A stretch of DNA of 64,000 bases from Podarcis tiliguerta (taxonomy: Eukaryota), in NCBI GenBank assembly GCA_965153285.1, contig OZ229116.1, one strand, 5' to 3'. A program made the position numbers and the translations under genes. The first letter of the stretch is position 1, and every line of letters starts with the position of its first letter. Shown piece by piece: positions 13,290 through 23,301 of this stretch. The notes under the pieces are model-generated. The model searched no databases, was not told the DNA's origin, and was given only the letters and a program-made list of their open reading frames with translations.

Positions 13290-16200
13290 TTATTTGTACC
13301 CCGCCCATCTGGCTGGGTTTCCCCGGCCACTCTGGGCGGCTTCCATAGAAACAAAAAATACAGTAAAATATCACAGATTAAAAACTTCCCTGAACAGGGC
13401 TGCCTTAAGATGTCTTCTAAATGTCAGGTAGTTATTTATTGCCCTGACGTCTGATGGGAGGGCGTTCCACAGGGCGGGCGCCACTACAGAGAAGGCCCTC
13501 TGCCTGGTTCCCTGTAGCTTTGCTTCTCGCAATGAGGGAACCACCAGAAGGCCCTCGGTGCTGGTAATACAACTGCATTATGGAGAGTTTGACAGGAGTT
13601 CAGTATATCCCTGAAAACCCTGCCTAATAGCAGTTACCCTTCCTGACTAACTTCATTGGTGCTTGGCAGCAGTTGCTTGGGGTTAGGGGCGAGCTTCCTA
13701 ACTGCTAAGCCTAGGGAGCTAAAATGATCCTGGCTTGAGAGGAGCAGATTTGTCTTCGTAGATGGACCCTTGCAAAACTCTTACATTCAAATTAGGAATT
13801 CTGACTTTGGCATTTTAAACAGTGTAAACTTGCAAGACCCTTGGAATTATGTTATGGTCCTAAGTATTGCTTACTAAAGTCATCAATTCCAACTTTCTGT
13901 TGTGGAAGTACGTGGTATATTGGTGTGGGACCCTATCTGGGAATAATTTTACACTTACGTTTTTTGTACATGTTACGAACAGATCTGACAGCAACTTTGC
14001 TTTGGTTTATAGCCTGTGTTAAGAATAAAACATCGCCACCGCCCCCAAAAGTATTGGGGGAGATGGACAAAAAGAAATGGCTGCGGTGGTTATGAGTTAC
14101 AGAAAGTTGGTAGATTATGTAACCATCTGTATGATGTTAATTCTAAACTGTTCCATAAATCACACTAGATGCTCCCTGGTGTGGAGTGAAAAATACCCAC
14201 GCTGGTTCAAAATATGTAAAAACCACATTCCCTACCAAAAAAAAGTGGGAAGAAGGACACTGCCTGAAGGACAGAAATGAACCTTGTCATATAATGTAAG
14301 TATATAATTTAATATATTTCAAGGTTCCAATTCAGCTTAATTTAGTTATGACTAAGTCTGGCTGAAACCAGTGGAATTAGTCATGAGAAACTTATGTCCC
14401 ATGGCTTTCAGAGGGGCTTGATCTTGACTGACCTTTAGCTGGGCTGGAGCCCAAGGGGTTTAATGCCATATAAAGAGTGGCACCTAACAGGCAGAACAAT
14501 TGTAACCACCACCAACCAGCTGGTTCGGAAGGATGTAGCAGAGATTTCCATCTGCCATTTCATCCGTCAACAGCACCGGCTGTTAAAAGGCTACTGTTCG
14601 CAGTAATTGATTTAAGGCCCTGGAATGAGGATAGGACAAGACTAACTACAGAGCCACTGGATTCTAAACTTGTCCAGCGGCTGGAGGAGTTTGAGCCTGC
14701 AGCTGGTGCAGCAATAATTAGGTATAATAAAATATAATAATAATAATAAACAACTCTGCCCATCTGGCTGGGTTACCCCAAACCATTCTGTCTAGATGTA
14801 CTCTCTGAGCTTCCCACACAGGTAAAAACTCCTGATTTTCCAGTAATTAGCAAGCTAAGATTTGCTTTGCTGGGTTACAACCAAAAGCCAGTCTTGTCTG
14901 CATTCTGTTTTCTGCAATAGCTAGCCAGGTGGCCTTTGGGAAGGTTACTAGCAGGGCATGAGGGCAACAGCCCTCTCCCTCTGTTGATTGTCATCAGCTG
15001 GTACGCTTGAGGTTCTGCAGTCCAGAGAGAGGATATACATACCAAAGTACATCCTATGTGCCAATTGAAGGAAAAGCAGCTCTGTGCATTGCTATAAGGA
15101 ATACTTGTGAGATAATACCACAGGGAGCAAGAATGCAACCTCATTCTCTGTACCACTCTGAGAAGGGGGGGTTCTCACTCCTCACTTGCTCAGCAGGGCT
15201 CAAAGGGGAAAGAAGACAGTGGGGGATGGGAACTGCATATTATATTTCAGTGGTCTAAATCAATGCCCTTTTGCCCTCATGAATTACTATAGCAATGTGT
15301 TTGCATACAACGTATTAGATGCCACTGGTGGTTTTTAGCTACAGGTAGCAACAGTACTGAAATGAAACACTACACAAATTAGAAATAATCCCCATTGGAA
15401 AGGTCAATGCCAAACAGAGGAAAATGGCCTCAAATGCCAAAATACGCAGATTTCAGAACTTGTGTTTGTCATGAAATCTAAAACCATCAGTTTACTGATA
15501 AAGCATGGTAGGGACTATAGTTTTCTGGTAGAACATACACTTGGCACAAGTAAATGCCATAAGTTCAATCCCTGGCACCTCCAGTTAAAAAGGATCACAT
15601 AGCAGGTGAAAGAAAGGCCAATGCCCCCAAAACCTAGAAGAGCTACTGCCAGTCAACAGAGCAACAGATCTAGGTGGACGAAGTCTGACCAGATTAAAGA
15701 CAGCTTTTTATGTTCTGAGATGCAAGTTACCTATCCGCAATATTGCATACAGTTCAGCATTTAGATGGCAGCATTTCCTTCATTACTTTTAGAATAAAAT
15801 AAACTCAACACTGCAAACTTGTGCACATGTGCTACGGAGTAAGTCTTACTGAATTCAATAAAATTTCCTTCTATACAGTGTTATCCATAGACCTATTGAA
15901 AGGCATAGTCATGACTTAGTCATGAACCAATGTGCCTAGCATTCCAGCACGCGACTGGTGTAGACCTAGGAAGCAGATGTTGCTGCTTCTGTAACCTGCC
16001 TCACTGTGGAGATGGGAATCTGCCTTCCCCTATAAATTTCAAGATAGATGAATAACTGCATCACACTTTCCTTTATCTGAAACTTGTATATGATGTTATT
16101 TGGGTATTTTTGTCTGACATTAAAAAAAAATGGAATCCTAAATGCTATTTATGTAAACTTTAAGCACCCTTGAACAAGTAATGTTCACAGTAAACATAAC

Positions 16201-16352
16201 CACAGTGAAGTGATTTTGCCTAAGGTGCCTCCCTTTTGCTTTGTTTTAGCCAAATACTGGAAATACTAGCAGCAGTACGTGAAGAAGATCCACTAGAACT
16301 GGCCAACACTACATATAACAACAGCATTAAAATCTTCTTTCCAGATATGTAA
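2563..16352 (+). CDS. TATDN1: TatD DNase domain containing 1, whole gene (12 coding exons, 894 nt, 297 aa)
   Basis: join(2563..2584,3810..3875,5113..5162,5316..5379,6325..6468,6556..6598,9630..9715,9798..9838,10924..11000,12156..12226,14169..14295,16250..16352). All introns are GT-AG and phases are consistent. Protein [20 protein letters not shown]...GCHPTRC...AIGECGLD...LHCRNS...HSFDG...ETDAPWC...RNEP...FFPDM carries the TatD motifs. Confidence 0.97.
3810..3875 (+). CDS. TATDN1: TATDN1 exon 2 ([22 protein letters not shown])
   Basis: (CT)n acceptor TAG, donor GTAAAT. Confidence 0.95.
5113..5162 (+). CDS. TATDN1: TATDN1 exon 3 ([17 protein letters not shown])
   Basis: acceptor ttttgcag, donor GTACAT. 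Confidence 0.93.
5316..5379 (+). CDS. TATDN1: TATDN1 exon 4 ([21 protein letters not shown])
   Basis: acceptor ttccag, donor GTATTT. Confidence 0.94.
5435..5660. mobile_element. Tc1/mariner (Tigger-like) MITE
   Basis: TIR CAGTGGTACCTCGGGTTA...TAACCCGAGGTACCACTG, TA TSD; sister copy at 46934-47174. Confidence 0.85.
6325..6468 (+). CDS. TATDN1: TATDN1 exon 5 ([16 protein letters not shown]...VIAIGECGL)
   Basis: acceptor ttttcag, donor GTAAGT; TatD GxHP and GECGLD motifs. Confidence 0.96.
6556..6598 (+). CDS. TATDN1: TATDN1 exon 6 ([15 protein letters not shown])
   Basis: acceptor cttccag, donor GTAAGA. Confidence 0.94.
7050..7399 (+). mobile_element. Sauria SINE, full length
   Basis: tRNA-like head GGTGGCGCTGTGGGTTAAACC, BovB-like GAGTCGG.CACGACTG near the 3' end, (ACCTTT) tail. 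Confidence 0.9.
8253..8502. mobile_element. Tc1/mariner MITE
   Basis: TIR CAGTCGTACCTCGGAAGTC / GACTTCCGAGGTATGACTG, TA TSD. Confidence 0.8.
9460..9535 (+). repeat. (AAT)n(AAC)n microsatellite
   Basis: Seen directly. Confidence 0.9.
9630..9715 (+). CDS. TATDN1: TATDN1 exon 7 ([28 protein letters not shown])
   Basis: acceptor ttttcag, donor GTGGGT. Confidence 0.95.
9798..9838 (+). CDS. TATDN1: TATDN1 exon 8 ([14 protein letters not shown])
   Basis: acceptor cacacag, donor GTAAGT. Confidence 0.94.
10924..11000 (+). CDS. TATDN1: TATDN1 exon 9 ([26 protein letters not shown])
   Basis: acceptor tttacag, donor GTAAGT. Confidence 0.95.
11016..11379 (+). mobile_element. Sauria SINE, young subfamily, 14-bp TSD TAAGTTATTTTAGA
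   Basis: TSD at 11002-11015 and 11380-11393; closely similar to the inverted copy at 60236-60596. Confidence 0.92.
12156..12226 (+). CDS. TATDN1: TATDN1 exon 10 ([23 protein letters not shown])
   Basis: acceptor tttccag, donor GTAAGT. Confidence 0.95.
13255..13565 (-). mobile_element. L2-type LINE 3' fragment with (AAT)n tail
   Basis: AGGGCCTTCTCTGTAGTGGCGCCC..CTGTGGAAC ([11 protein letters not shown]) on the minus strand, plus microsatellite tail. Confidence 0.7.
14169..14295 (+). CDS. TATDN1: TATDN1 exon 11 ([43 protein letters not shown])
   Basis: acceptor cactag, donor GTAAGT. Confidence 0.95.
15525..15715 (+). mobile_element. Degenerate tRNA-derived squamate SINE
   Basis: Box-B-like GTTCAATCCCTGGCA and body GAGCTACTGCCAGTCA typical of these SINEs. 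Confidence 0.55.
16250..16352 (+). CDS. TATDN1: TATDN1 exon 12, last coding exon ([33 protein letters not shown])
   Basis: acceptor ttttag, TAA at 16350-16352. Confidence 0.95.
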
Positions 16353-16396
16353 AGCATTTTATGTATTATGATAAAAACTGGTAATCCTGTCCATGT

Positions 16397-16402
16397 AATA
16401 AA
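16397..16402 (+). terminator. Probable TATDN1 polyadenylation signal AATAAA
   Basis: First AATAAA, 44 nt after the stop codon. Confidence 0.6.
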
Positions 16403-17014
16403 GATTTGACTCTTCTCTGCATCAAATCTGAAACCATGATTTAGAAACTGGCATGCTGTTAAGGTTTGATTAAACACCTAAGTAGAAAGCTTTCACCCCC
16501 ACCCCGTGAAATATTTTCCTGGTTGTTGTTTTTTTGCCAAGCATTTATTTCAATTTATTTTACTATCCAGTTGACTCTGTTATATGTCTTACTATTCATA
16601 TAGAACCGAAAATGGCACAAGGCCCTCTTGACTACCTATCTTCCAAGAGAAATGCAACCCGTAGCAAAAACAACAGTTTCTTCATCCCCAACATTTCTCT
16701 CTTCCCATAAACATAAAAACAGTAGCAAGAATCGTAACAGTTATGCAAACCTAAAATTTTAATTTTTGCTGTCAAGTTGGAAACGATGCTTTGATAGGAT
16801 TTTAAAATAACTGACATCTGTTAACCCTTATCCAATATTTTAATTGGTTTAAAGGGTGACTCCTTGAGACACTGGCTTGTTTTCAATATATCCAAAAACC
16901 ATGGGCTTAAGTTTACCAAAGTGCGGGAACTTTTTGACACAACTTGCACACTATAATTTTTTGAGCAATTAAGAAGTGTTTTGTTCAACTGTTTTAAAAA
17001 ATATGCGAAAACAC

Positions 17015-17020
17015 TTTATT
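17015..17020 (-). terminator. Probable RNF139 poly(A) signal (alternatives at 17189-17194 and 16544-16549)
   Basis: AATAAA on the minus strand preceded by two TGTA (CFIm-type) motifs. Confidence 0.55.
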
Positions 17021-17258
17021 CCATGTACAATAATGTACATAAAGTTTAAGGTGGTCGCAAAAGAGACCAGCAGTGATTAAGAGGTATATTTACAATCGCA
17101 CATCACAGTAAATTGACAACCCCATTCACAGATTCAACATTTTGAGATACTGTTCTTGTGCTTAGTTACACACTGATGAAGTGAAGCTTTTATTCCATAG
17201 TTGAACTCCACTATTAACACCCACCCACAGTGTTCAGTACATGACATTTTAAACCAAG

Positions 17259-19081
17259 TCAGGTTCCCTGTTCTGAGTGTTCTTCGGGCAGTGTGACAGA
17301 CTGACTTGAATTCTCAGTCTCTGCTTCCTCCTCACTCTCAGAACTGTCATTATCTTCATTTAGTTCATTTTCCATATCAGCAGCTGCATCTTCTCCTTGC
17401 AAAGGATTTTCATCAGGTTCATTTTCATCGAGTGCAACAAAGCCATTGTTATTAGAGATATTGAGATTGTCCTTCTCCTCAGTATAAACTTTTTGATGGC
17501 ACATTGGACAAGTGTCTTGAATGTAGAGCCATTTCCGAAGGCAAAGTGCATGGAAGTAATGGTTACATGGAGTAATACGAGCAGATGTAGTAAACTCGTG
17601 GTAGCAGATTGCACACACGTCATCGATTTCACGTAATCGCTCTCCTTTGACTTCAGGAAGTGAGTTGATTTTCTCAACAGCTGTCCTGCGATTGATAAAG
17701 GTTTTCCAGCCATTCTTTGCCTGCAGGTAGATGTTGAAGTAGGCATGCAGACACATCATACAAGCCCGGATTTTGCTTCCTGATTCAAACACCATGGTGT
17801 AAGCACCATTCCCAAACATTATTACTCCAAATATAAACTCAATTATATTGCCCGTTGATCGAACATAGTAGACATAATCATCAAGCTTTTCCCATAGGAC
17901 ATTATAGTAGCCATCAATCATAAAGAGTACATACACAGTGATAGAAACAATAACCTTCAGGCAGAGTTCCACGCAGAATGCCGTAACAGCAAACAGCCAT
18001 GTATTTAGTGCATAGTGGTGCCAAAGCATGTAACTGAGCAAAATTGGAAGAACAAAGAGGCAAGCTGAGACGAAGAGCACAGGAAAGTGTCTGCGAAATG
18101 AAGACACATGGGAGGCACTCAGAGACATTAGGACAGGGTCTGTCATTCCGTGGATAAAATGCAGGACTGCGGTCAGCAAAAGGCACATGTTTCGACTCAA
18201 GCGAACTAGTCTCTCTTCTGGCTTAAGCCCACTTAAACCAGTCTGCAGGGCCAAAATAAAAAATAAAACTGGTGCCACAAAACCAAGCCTTTTGTCGTCT
18301 TCATCAGTAGATCCAATAAAGGCCAAGATACCAAGCCCCAGGTAGTGAGCTATAGATGAAATTACAGCACTCATGCCTAATACAGTTAAAGTAGAATCAC
18401 ACCCGCTGACAATAAGGCTGCAAAATAACTCCCAAAAACTGTCCCAAGAAATCATGTAATATTTAATGCCTGGATCAGTTTCTGCCATTTTGATGAAGAA
18501 TGTTAATACAACAGCTTGAGCTGCCAGCCTCGTTAGCCAAAAGACCCGCAAAACTGATGGAAAACGAATCCTTTTCCATGTATCTTCCAGCAACAGTTGT
18601 AATCCATAAATGCGATACATGTGCCTTATAAGAAGATAGACATACCGTGAAGAGTAGTAGAACCGTTTAATTTTATAAACTAAAACGACCAGGGTGTATA
18701 CTGTCAAAATGAAGCCTGAGGTAAAGACTAAAATCTGCCTGATGTGTAACGGCAATTCAACGATCAAGCCTACAAGAGGAATCAATAAATCCAGTATGAT
18801 TAGCTGAGAATATATGGACTGGATATTTAACAGTGCAACGTAGCCAATTCCAAAGGCAAGCTGAAGGACAGAGAGTGCCATCCCTAAGGAAGGTCCTTTA
18901 TGAGGAAGGAGCTGAACTCCAAAAGGTGTTGTATAAGAGGCACTGTGGAAGTTTATGTGCAAAAAAGCGTAATAGTTCACCATCACTGATGTTGCGGCTA
19001 GCAGAAGAGCGGAGCTGATCGTATAAAACTTGAAAAGTGATCTTTGTGACAGAATCAGAACAACACTGGATACAAAGACAC
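17259..19081 (-). CDS. RNF139: E3 ubiquitin ligase RNF139/TRC8, exon 2 (multi-TM region, RING-H2, acidic tail)
   Basis: Long ORF with hydrophobic TM segments and RING-H2 CAICYHEFTTSARITPCNHYFHALCLRKWLYIQDTCPMC. Acceptor cctccttttag precedes 19081 and TGA is at 17259-17261. With exon 1 the CDS is 2007 nt (668 aa). Confidence 0.97.
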
Positions 19082-19947
19082 CTAAAAGGAGGAGGAAAGG
19101 AGAGTTAGTTGTCTGCACACTCTAAAATGACAATTGCTCAATGACTCTAAAGCACATGCACTTTGAACAAGTGTGACTGTTTGTTAAGTTTTCAGCCCTC
19201 TCTGTAAATTCAATTCTACAGTTCAATTTTATAGAAGCTGTACTCCAGTTAATCCAATCATAGTAAATAATAATTTCCACACAGCCCAGAATATCAACTC
19301 TTGAACAGGCACACCTCACTTTATTGCACTTCACAGATATTGCTCCTTACGAGGCTGCTTCCAGGGGAAGGAAGCCCCCCGCCACCTCTCTTCTGGCCTG
19401 GAGCTAGGTTTCCCCCTTTCGCCCCTGCAGCCAGGGGGGTCTGGCTTAACAGACTACAGTATAGTGTAAACGTCACTTTTATATGTACTGGGAAACAACA
19501 AAACCTGTGTAACTCGCTTTACTGCAATATTCACTTATTGCGGTGGTCTGGAATCAACTCTCAATAATCTCTAAGGTATGCCTGTATATTCACTTGCTCC
19601 AAACTACTGAGGACAAATAAGCACAATGGAAATGAGGGCAAACTAATCACGTGTTTGATAGCATCAATTAGGCCATTTCTACATACATTGCTGTTCCTCT
19701 GTAGCAGCTCAGACCTCCTAGCGGCAAGTAGGAGATCATCAACACAGAGCAATATACACAAAAGTCATTATTGACCAGGGCCAGAGGGGGCCTTTTTAGT
19801 GATCACACCCAGACTGTGGGATTTGGTGCTCAGAAAGGTTCTTCACCCCTTCCCTGAGGGTCTTTTGTAATAAGGACCTTCCTTTTTAAGGAGGCCTTGG
19901 TTACTAGATGGGCTTTTAGTTTTTTATGGCTTTAATACTTAGAAAAA

Positions 19948-20076
19948 NNNNNNNNNNNNNNNNNNNNNNNNNNNNNNNNNNNNNNNNNNNNNNNNNNNNN
20001 NNNNNNNNNNNNNNNNNNNNNNNNNNNNNNNNNNNNNNNNNNNNNNNNNNNNNNNNNNNNNNNNNNNNNNNNNNNN
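19948..20076. other. Assembly gap (129 N) in RNF139 intron
   Basis: N run, abutting an L2 3' tail. Confidence 0.99.
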
Positions 20077-20454
20077 CCCAGCCAAGGCTGGTCTCAGGGC
20101 GGCTAACAACCAATAATAAAAACAAGTTGAATGAATACAACTTAAAAACAAGATTAGAATACATTAAAACATTAAAATGCAGCCTCATCACAGGAGGAGA
20201 AAGGAAAAAAGAAAGGGGGGGGGGAGAATCAAATTGACTCCAAGCCAAAGGCCAGGTGGAACAACTCTGTCTTACAGGCCCTACAGAAAGAAATCAGATC
20301 CTGCAGGGCCCTGGTCTCATGAGACAGAGTGCTCCACCAGGCCGGAGCCAGTGTTGAAAAAGCCCCGGCTCTGGTTGAGGCTAATCTAACTTCCTTAGGG
20401 CCAGGACCTCTAGGGTGTTGCTATTTATGGACCTTAAGGTCCTCTGTGCGGCAT
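20077..20454 (-). mobile_element. L2 3' fragment, same family as 440-1805
   Basis: Reverse-complement match to about 1397-1770; a third short copy lies at about 49530-49723 (+) with a (TTA)n tail. Confidence 0.85.
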
Positions 20455-20859
20455 TAGCGTTTAGTATTTATCTGTATCTTGATTTCATTCATTCTATTTC
20501 CCGTCTGCATATAGGTTGTGTTGTTGGTAGGCATCCTGAACTTTTTCTAAATGCAGACTGCATTCACATATATCATGTAAACAACAGGAATATAACAGGG
20601 GCCACCAACCATCGTGGGCCCATGAGCAACTTGGAGGACTGGAACTGTTATGGGCATCATGCACACACTGTGACCCCAACACACTACAACCTTTTTTACT
20701 GGCTACAATTAAATGCTCTTTTTAGCCTAATTTCAGTAGGGGAACTGAACCCTTTGGGTGCAAGGAAAGGCCTCTGGAGGTGCATCTTTGTCTGAAGGTG
20801 CCACATTGGCAATCAGCGTTTTAAAATTACATTGTATGAAGGTAAGAAATGGTCTAGGG

Positions 20860-21185
20860 CAGGGGTCTGCAACCTGCGGCTCCGGAGCCGCATGTGGCTC
20901 TTTTACACCTTTGCCGTGGCTCCGGGGCGGATACTAGCGAGGGGAGGAGGCGCATTGTGCGCCCCGACACTCCCCACTGTGGCGGGCGCTGTACTGGCTG
21001 TGACGTTGCATGGGGGTGGTGCGTGCGTTAGTCACGCACTGTCCCGACGTCACCTTCCCGTCTGCTGTCAGATCGGAGGGCAGCGGCGCGCATGCTTTAA
21101 ATGTCGCAATGCGGCTCCCAGGTTGTTGTTTTCTTCGGAAACGGGTCCAAGTGGCTCTTTTTGTCTTAAAGGTTGCAGACCCCTG
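20860..21185. mobile_element. hAT (Charlie-like) MITE
   Basis: TIR CAGGGGTCTGCAACCT, perfect 8-bp TSD GTCTAGGG. Confidence 0.9.
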
Positions 21186-22532
21186 GTCTAGGGAAATAAA
21201 ACAACCATTTATGGATGAGTGAACAGCACTGTAACTGTACTTAACATCACAGCCTGTTACTACCTATTATACCCATCACTGCTTTACATAGTGGTTACAC
21301 TTTGTAGCAGGAAACCCCCCCCCCCCATCATTCAGTTTGTACAGACTTCACACACACTCACACTCACACACTACATACGCTACACTTCTGTTATAAATTC
21401 ATAGAAAATCAACCATACATCAGATTTGCACTGTTCCACTTTTATTCTACTCCATATTTCAAGGACTAGCTAAGGGGGGTGCCCTGGTGACGGTCAGCCA
21501 TAATCCCCTAAGCGAGCAGTCACATACCTGGCTACTGCACCTGGTGGGGCATGATAAGCGAGATAAGCATCCTGATGGGCTCAGGCTTATCTCATCATGG
21601 ACACAATGGACTGCATACGGTTGTATATTCAGAGCAGACAGCAACAAAAGGACCATGGCCGGATTCCCCTCAGGGGGAAGGAAACTGCACCTTTTCTTTG
21701 TTATTCACAACTGGTTCATGGGAGGGGGAGAAAGGAGGAACCAGCCAGGTGACAAGACACTCAGGTTACCACCACAACTCCTCCCTCAACCCCTCCTTTC
21801 TGTAATGTATGCATGATGTTTCTGGGGGTGGGCTTGACCTAGAGGAGGGGAATTTCAAAAGTTTTTATAAGGTCTGGCACACCATTGTTCTGGGTCTTTC
21901 CTCTCTCCTGCGAGTGAGAGGAACACCCTGCTGCAACAGTACAATAAAGGCCAAGCCTACAGGCTGCTGATTTGCTCCAATTTACTCTGGTTGGTGTCTT
22001 TACTTTTTGTCCAAGGGAGCCCTCGGATTTTTCCTGCAACAACTTACACAAACACTGAAAACACTTGTTTTTCCAACCCCATGGCAGCATGTTCTTATAC
22101 AATAAGAGTGCAAACCAGGCATTTCCTGTGGTGTTTTAATACAAAACCTGGAGGTGTGTCAATGACATGGTTAACAAGCAATATAGCCAACAGCCAAGCC
22201 CCATTATCATGCAGTTTCACTCTACCATCTGGGTGCTGCTTTTTGCTAAGTTGGTTTATGTAGCCAAAAACACCTTGGGGTTAAGGTTCTCCACAAGACT
22301 TCCTGCCAGTTTTTGCCAAAATGGGGAAAGAAAGAACCATGCACACCACCTGGAGCTTCTTGGAAGAAAATGTGGTATATAAATTTAATAAATAAAATAA
22401 AACCCATAAATATTTGCAGGTTGTGCCCTACCAATGAAGAATTTGAGGTTTTATAATGAATACTGCTTGCCTAATCTGACGACAAGAAGGCTCATGACTG
22501 GAAGAGATCAGTGATTAATTAAATGATTAGAG

Positions 22533-22730
22533 CAGGCATGTCCAAAGTCCATTTCGGGGGCCTAATCCGACCCCTGTGGCAGTTCATTTCCTGGGGTAAA
22601 ATCCTAAAAAAACCACAACCCCTCAATAACAACTTCAACCCTTAAAAAAGGTCAACAACTTTGGCTGGCCCTTACAGCCCTTCACTTCATCAAATCTGGC
22701 CCTCTTTGAAAAAAAGTTTGGACACTACTG
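22533..22730. mobile_element. hAT MITE
   Basis: Imperfect TIR CAGGCATGTCCAAA / TTTGGACACTACTG, 8-bp TSD GATTAGAG. Confidence 0.85.
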
Positions 22731-22852
22731 GATTAGAGACTGTTTGAGCATATTACACAGATCCTGGTCTGACTGCACTGGTTACCAATTCATTTTCAGG
22801 CCCAATTCAAAGTGCTGGTTTTAACCTATTAAGCCTTAAATAGCTCAGGACT

Positions 22853-23301
22853 GAATCATAGAATCATAGAATCATAGAGTTGGAAGAGACCACAAGGGCC
22901 ATCGAGTCCAACCCCCTGCCAAGCAGGAAACACCATCAGAGCACTCCTGACATATGGTTGTCAAGCCTCTGCTTAAAGACCTCCAAAGAAGGAGACTCCA
23001 CCACACTCCTTGGCAGCAAATTCCACTGTCGGACAGCTCTTACTGTCAGGAAGTTCTTCCTAATGTTTAGGTGGAATCTTCTTTCTTGTAGTTTGTATCC
23101 ATTGCTCCGTGTCCGCTTCTCTGGAGCAGCAGAAAACAACCTTTCTCCCTCCTCTATGTGACATCCTTTTATATATTTGAACATGGCTATCATATCACCC
23201 CTTAACCTCCTCTTCTCCAGGCTAAACATGCCCAGCTCCCTTAGCCGATCCTCATAAGGCATTGTTTCCAGGCCTTTGACCATTTTGGTTGCCCTCCTCT
23301 G
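22853..23301 (-). mobile_element. CR1 LINE 3' fragment inserted in an L2 remnant; a second CR1 tail at 23369-23490 (+)
   Basis: QRRATKMVKGLETMPYEDRLRELGMFSLEKRRLRGDMI...WNLLP; (TTCTATGA)n tail. Confidence 0.9.

Noticed and set aside
19082-19118. N-terminus MQTTNSPFLLLL of the 619-aa ORF as the RNF139 start
   Set aside because: It is the intronic polypyrimidine tract; the true start is in exon 1 at 31599.
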